Shown: positions 60,287 to 64,000 of the stretch, one piece after another
Layout of the letters: each line of letters begins with the position of its first letter
Position numbering within the stretch: position 1 is the stretch's first letter
Assembly: GCA_048941015.1 (NCBI GenBank)
Contig: JBHLNZ010000011.1
Location: forward strand, 1 to 64,000
From: Promethearchaeota archaeon
GTDB lineage: Archaea > Asgardarchaeota > Lokiarchaeia > Sigyniarchaeales > SOKP01
Length of the DNA: 64,000 nucleotides
Direction: 5' to 3'
Made by a program: the position numbers and the translations under genes
Notes under the pieces: model-generated
Database searches by the model: none
What the model was told of the DNA's origin: nothing
The model's input: only the letters and a program-made list of their open reading frames with translations

Positions 60287-60370
60287 TTGAGTCATCTAAC
60301 AAGTCAAGAGAGAGAAGGTAGGTATAAATGTGTATAAAGTTAAAATCGCTTAAAATTTTTGGATTTAAAT

Positions 60371-60460
60371 AAAAAGTATAGAAAAAGGAGGAGAAAGGTT
60401 AAAAATACGGTTTCATGAATAGTATTTCCTAACCTCTAATCCTCTTCATCTATACATTTT
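60371..60460 (-). other. Long intergenic hairpin (candidate ncRNA or terminator)
   Basis: About 30 bp imperfect stem that pairs better on the minus strand (G-U pairs), followed by a U-run. Confidence 0.35.
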
Positions 60461-60629
60461 TTAAATGATAAATCTTAATTTTTATTGTTTAGTTAATTAT
60501 ATAAACTCTTAGGGTTGAATAACTCACTTTGTTTATGTATTACTTTAATAATGTAAAAATTTATATATATCTAAGCATTCAAGCTAGAAACACTTAATAA
60601 TTAACAAATTGCAAGAATAGTGATTTAAT

Positions 60630-61193
60630 ATGAACAATGAATTGGCTAATCCAGCACCTCTCGGTCTTATGGGTTTTGGAATGACAACAGTTTTATTAAA
60701 TCTTCATAATGCTGGATTATATACCCTTGGATCGATGATTTTAAGTATGGGTATATTCTATGGAGGACTTGCTCAAATCATTGCTGGAATTATGGAATAT
60801 AAAAAAGGAAATAGTTTTGGTACTACTGCTTTCACATCTTATGGGTTGTTTTGGCTAACCTTTGTCTTTATTAATCTCTTGCCGAATACAGATTTTTGGT
60901 CTGAAGCATCTGGACCAATAGCATTAGGATTCTATCTTCTAATGTGGGGGATTTTTACTTTATTCATGTTTTTTGGTACATTAAAAGTCAATAGAGCATT
61001 ACAGGTTGTTTTCTCAACTTTAGCTATTTTATTCTTTCTTTTAGCAATAGGAGAGTTTACCGGTATCTCATTAATTAGAACTATTGCAGGATTTGAAGGA
61101 ATTTTTTGTGGTGCGAGTGCAATTTATTTGGCAATGGCAGAAATAATAAATGAAAAGTATGGGAGACCAGTTCTACCTATCGGAAGTAAGTAA
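60630..61193 (+). CDS. satP: Acetate/succinate transporter, GPR1/FUN34/YaaH family
   Basis: [36 protein letters not shown]. Confidence 0.92.
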   Translation: MNNELANPAPLGLMGFGMTTVLLNLHNAGLYTLGSMILSMGIFYGGLAQIIAGIMEYKKGNSFGTTAFTSYGLFWLTFVFINLLPNTDFWSEASGPIALGFYLLMWGIFTLFMFFGTLKVNRALQVVFSTLAILFFLLAIGEFTGISLIRTIAGFEGIFCGASAIYLAMAEIINEKYGRPVLPIGSK

Positions 61194-61442
61194 AATCTTA
61201 TTTTTTTTCTTATTATTTATTGGATTTCGAATAAAAGCATCTAATAACTTTAAAATAATTTAAATATCTTCTAATTTAAGTAAAGAAGTTGGGAATTGAA
61301 TTGTCTTTTAAGGCTGCTAAAGCAAAATATTCAAAGGATGATGAATTCTATCAAGGTTTAATAGGTAGGTAATGTATTAAATCATAAATCTTGTTAGAAG
61401 TTTATCATTTGGTGGACTCCTTTCCTTCTCCCTGTTTTGCAG

Positions 61443-61832
61443 TCACACAGTTATTTCAATTCGATTTTTTTCAGGATCTAATATCGTACTTTCGAAATAA
61501 CCGTCCCCCGTATATCTTGGACCGTCTAAAACTTCATAACCATCATTAGCTAACCGAGTAGTCAAAGCAATTACCTTTTCCTTTGATCCTACAGATATGG
61601 CTAAATGAATAAAACCTGTAAACTGTTTATATGGGTTATTTGAAGATTCTGGAATTGATGGCATTTGCATTAGTTCCAACCTAGTTCCATCATCAAAAGT
61701 TAAGAAATTTGACGAGAACTCATGTCTACTATTGAAGTATACATCATTTGATTTTGCACCAAAATAAGTTTCATAAAAAATTCTAATCTTTTCCAAGTCC
61801 TTAACCCAGATTGCAATATGGTCGATTTTCAA
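61443..61832 (-). CDS. VOC / glyoxalase family protein
   Basis: IDHIAIW, RLELM, HLAIS, TGDGYFES, DPExNxIE. Confidence 0.9.
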   Translation of the reverse strand: MKIDHIAIWVKDLEKIRIFYETYFGAKSNDVYFNSRHEFSSNFLTFDDGTRLELMQMPSIPESSNNPYKQFTGFIHLAISVGSKEKVIALTTRLANDGYEVLDGPRYTGDGYFESTILDPEKNRIEITV

Positions 61833-61890
61833 TGGAATTTCTCCTTAAATAGTTTTAACTAATTTAGCCTAATCTCATCATCCAAAAAAT

Positions 61891-62955
61891 TTAGGAATTC
61901 ACAGCATTTTTAATAAATGCTTTTAATAACCGGATTGTGTAAAATATATCTTCAAGATTTAGCAATGAAGTTGGGGAATGAATATATCTACATGGAACAG
62001 AAACCACCGTACTTGGGACACCTTCTTTTGATTCTTGAATCCTTCCCGCATCTGTTAAGCCATAGATCGGTCGCTTAAATTGAAATTTTATGTCTTCCTT
62101 TTTGGCATTTTCAATGAGTCTTCTATTGACATATTTACTGCTGATTACTGATTTATCTGCGATAGTAATTGCAGGACCTTTGCCTAATATGGCTGGATTC
62201 TCAGCCTCTTTTATGCCGGGAACATCTGCCGCTGTTGTATTTTCTACAGCAATTGCCATAGTAGGATTTAAACTATATGCTCCAGGAACAGTCCCAGTAC
62301 GCCCCGTTTCTTCTTGTACTGCGAAATTCATTACTATGGTATCATCATAGTCTAAATCCTTAGCTTCCATAAGTACATGTAACAAAACATTACATCCTGT
62401 TCTGTCATCAAATGCTTTTCCCCGGACGAAATTATCAGGAAGCTCTTGAAATGGAGTAAAAGGTGTCCCGATTGAACCAATATTAATACCTGCATTTTCT
62501 ACTTTTTCTTTTGAACTCAATCCTATATCAATATACATATCTGGGATATCTACTACTTTTTTTCGTTCGTTTACTGATGTAAGATGAGGTGGTTTTGAAC
62601 CAATTAACCCATGATATAATTTACCGGAATCAGATTTGATAATTATGGCTTGCCCCAACAACACTCGTGTATCCCAACCACCAACAGGAACAAATCGTAG
62701 AAAACCTTTCTTATCAATGTGCGATATCATAAATCCAATCTCATCAGTATGCGCATCAAATAATATTCGCTCCTTGCCAATTTTTCCTTCTTTTTCGACT
62801 AAGATATTTCCAAGCTTATCCTTCCAAACCCTGTCTGCTAGCTCCTTATCTTTAATCATGTTCAAAATAAAATCACTTACTTCATCTTCAAACCCAGATA
62901 CACCTAAAAGACTCGATAATTCTTTCTGTAAGTTTTTAATTGTTTGTAAATTCAT
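61891..62955 (-). CDS. M42 family aminopeptidase (TET-like)
   Basis: GVSGFE, AHTDEIG, GKAFDDRTG, QEE, TDAG, RYIHS. Confidence 0.92.
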   Translation of the reverse strand: MNLQTIKNLQKELSSLLGVSGFEDEVSDFILNMIKDKELADRVWKDKLGNILVEKEGKIGKERILFDAHTDEIGFMISHIDKKGFLRFVPVGGWDTRVLLGQAIIIKSDSGKLYHGLIGSKPPHLTSVNERKKVVDIPDMYIDIGLSSKEKVENAGINIGSIGTPFTPFQELPDNFVRGKAFDDRTGCNVLLHVLMEAKDLDYDDTIVMNFAVQEETGRTGTVPGAYSLNPTMAIAVENTTAADVPGIKEAENPAILGKGPAITIADKSVISSKYVNRRLIENAKKEDIKFQFKRPIYGLTDAGRIQESKEGVPSTVVSVPCRYIHSPTSLLNLEDIFYTIRLLKAFIKNAVNS

Positions 62956-63110
62956 GATTACCCTTCCAATGTTTATGAATCAAAGAATTAAATACATTAA
63001 TCGAATATAATTAATATCTTGAGATATGCTAAATAAAATTAATTAAATTGCATTTAAATCTAAAAGAAATAGAATAAGAAGATTTTTAAGATTAAATTTT
63101 AAATAAAAAA

Positions 63111-64000
63111 TTATGTAGATCTTTTTTTTAATTCATTTATAGCTTTTTCAGCTAATATAATCGCGTCAGTATATTTTGATTTATACTTTTGCAAGTCTGC
63201 TTCAAGTTCAATGATATTATTTTGTTGATCAATGATTTTTTCACTACTTTCATCATCAGTTTGAGGAAATACTTCAGGATTATCTATAGATTCTTTAAGA
63301 TAATTATACTTTTCTTGCCATACCTTGAGTTGTGTTTGTAGTTCTTCAATTCTCTCGTCTATATTTTCTGGGGTTAATAGTATCTCTTCTCCTTCAACCG
63401 ATTCTAAATCAACAATTCTATCCTTTAACATTTCGATTTCTTCTTCAAGTTCTTTTATTTGAATTTTTAATAAGGCAATTTCATCTAAATATTCTGCTGA
63501 AGTTTTTGGAGCAGTAATTTCCTCAAAAATCGCTTTTCCTGTCTCTAATTCATTGGCACTCTTTCCCCCAAGAATTCTCTGTCTCCTCGTTTGGAGTTCC
63601 TCTATGGTTTGTTTGGGCAGGAAATCCAAAGGATTGAAGCCTATACCACCATGTTCAGTACGTCGTTTCCTTATTTTTACATATAATGGGATTCCTTTAA
63701 CAGCTTCGCCACAGATTATTGCCTCTCCTTTATCTAAACCGGATATATCTTTCCTATTATCTTTACTTAAGTCTTCGGCACTTGAAATAGTAACATCAAT
63801 ATCTCGAACATCTGTAAGATTATGAACGATCCAGCTTCCAGCCTGTGCACGGATAGTAGTATCTAACAATTGAGGTCGTTGTGTACCAATTACTAAATTA
63901 GCACCAAACTTTCTCCCCTCCTGAGAAAATAATTTAACTGTTTCGCACGTTTCTGTTCTTTTCTTTCCCGCAAAAAGATGAGCTTCATCTAAGAATAAAT
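63111..64000 (-). CDS. HerA/FtsK-superfamily ATPase (DUF87-type), C-terminal part, with long coiled-coil extension; 5' end outside the window
   Basis: Frame open from 63998: LFLDEAHLF (Walker B), EGRKFG (Arg finger), GTQRP, GEA, RxTxHGG, then heptad repeats. Confidence 0.85.
   Translation of the reverse strand, partial: LFLDEAHLFAGKKRTETCETVKLFSQEGRKFGANLVIGTQRPQLLDTTIRAQAGSWIVHNLTDVRDIDVTISSAEDLSKDNRKDISGLDKGEAIICGEAVKGIPLYVKIRKRRTEHGGIGFNPLDFLPKQTIEELQTRRQRILGGKSANELETGKAIFEEITAPKTSAEYLDEIALLKIQIKELEEEIEMLKDRIVDLESVEGEEILLTPENIDERIEELQTQLKVWQEKYNYLKESIDNPEVFPQTDDESSEKIIDQQNNIIELEADLQKYKSKYTDAIILAEKAINELKKRST

Noticed and set aside
58968-60460. Eukaryote-like SECIS elements (both hairpins contain AUGA)
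   Set aside because: No opposing GA for the kink-turn core and no adjacent gene with an in-frame UGA
61321-61442. Purine-rich SD-like tract and ATG on the minus strand after the VOC gene
   Set aside because: The ORF closes after four codons; no recognisable pseudogene homology
3538-63825. Many 60-150 aa ORFs nested in or antisense to long genes (e.g. 5814, 6118, 18329, 20213, 21269, 27892, 33217, 36113, 42082, 62636, 63553)
   Set aside because: They overlap well-supported CDS, have no motifs and show the Ser/Phe/Ile-rich composition of reverse frames
1-64000. tRNA, rRNA, CRISPR arrays, IS elements, prophage genes
   Set aside because: No GC-rich cloverleaf or rRNA tracts, regularly spaced repeats, transposase, integrase or capsid motifs were seen on reading

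Overview
AT-rich (about 30% GC by eye), gene-dense archaeal chromosomal segment. Its gene content points to an Asgard archaeon of the Lokiarchaeia/Promethearchaeota: two Rab-like GTPases without prenylation tails, a longin-GTPase fusion, a stand-alone longin, two gelsolin-domain proteins, an EAP30/Vps22-like protein, TPR and NosD surface proteins. About 52 CDS; I see no tRNA, rRNA, CRISPR or transposase. Metabolic genes include a tandem-PlsC acyltransferase (missing from the ORF track because it runs off the left edge) downstream of a HAD phosphatase, a HypD-type glycyl radical enzyme divergent from a tryptophanase, beta-oxidation enzymes, nadB, an AroA'-type aldolase, geranylgeranyl reductase, satP and an M42 peptidase. 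Highlight 1 is a roughly 15 kb locus (36.9-52.3 kb). It holds four co-oriented paralogous membrane proteins (five repeat units) with diverged beta-rich ectodomains and a strongly conserved cytoplasmic tail (YPxPVRKVRKYRKxL...KGxPxDGKILRxKxL). These are followed on the same strand by a gelsolin-domain/helical-repeat protein, its gelsolin-less paralog and a longin, and sit divergent from a longin+winged-helix (NPRL2/DENN-like) gene and a long TrmB-like coiled-coil gene; together a candidate surface-receptor-to-actin/trafficking module. Highlight 2 is a membrane-anchored protein carrying two tandem ESCRT-II (Vps22/Vps36, EAP30)-like winged-helix pairs. All family assignments come from motif recognition by eye; no database searches were run.
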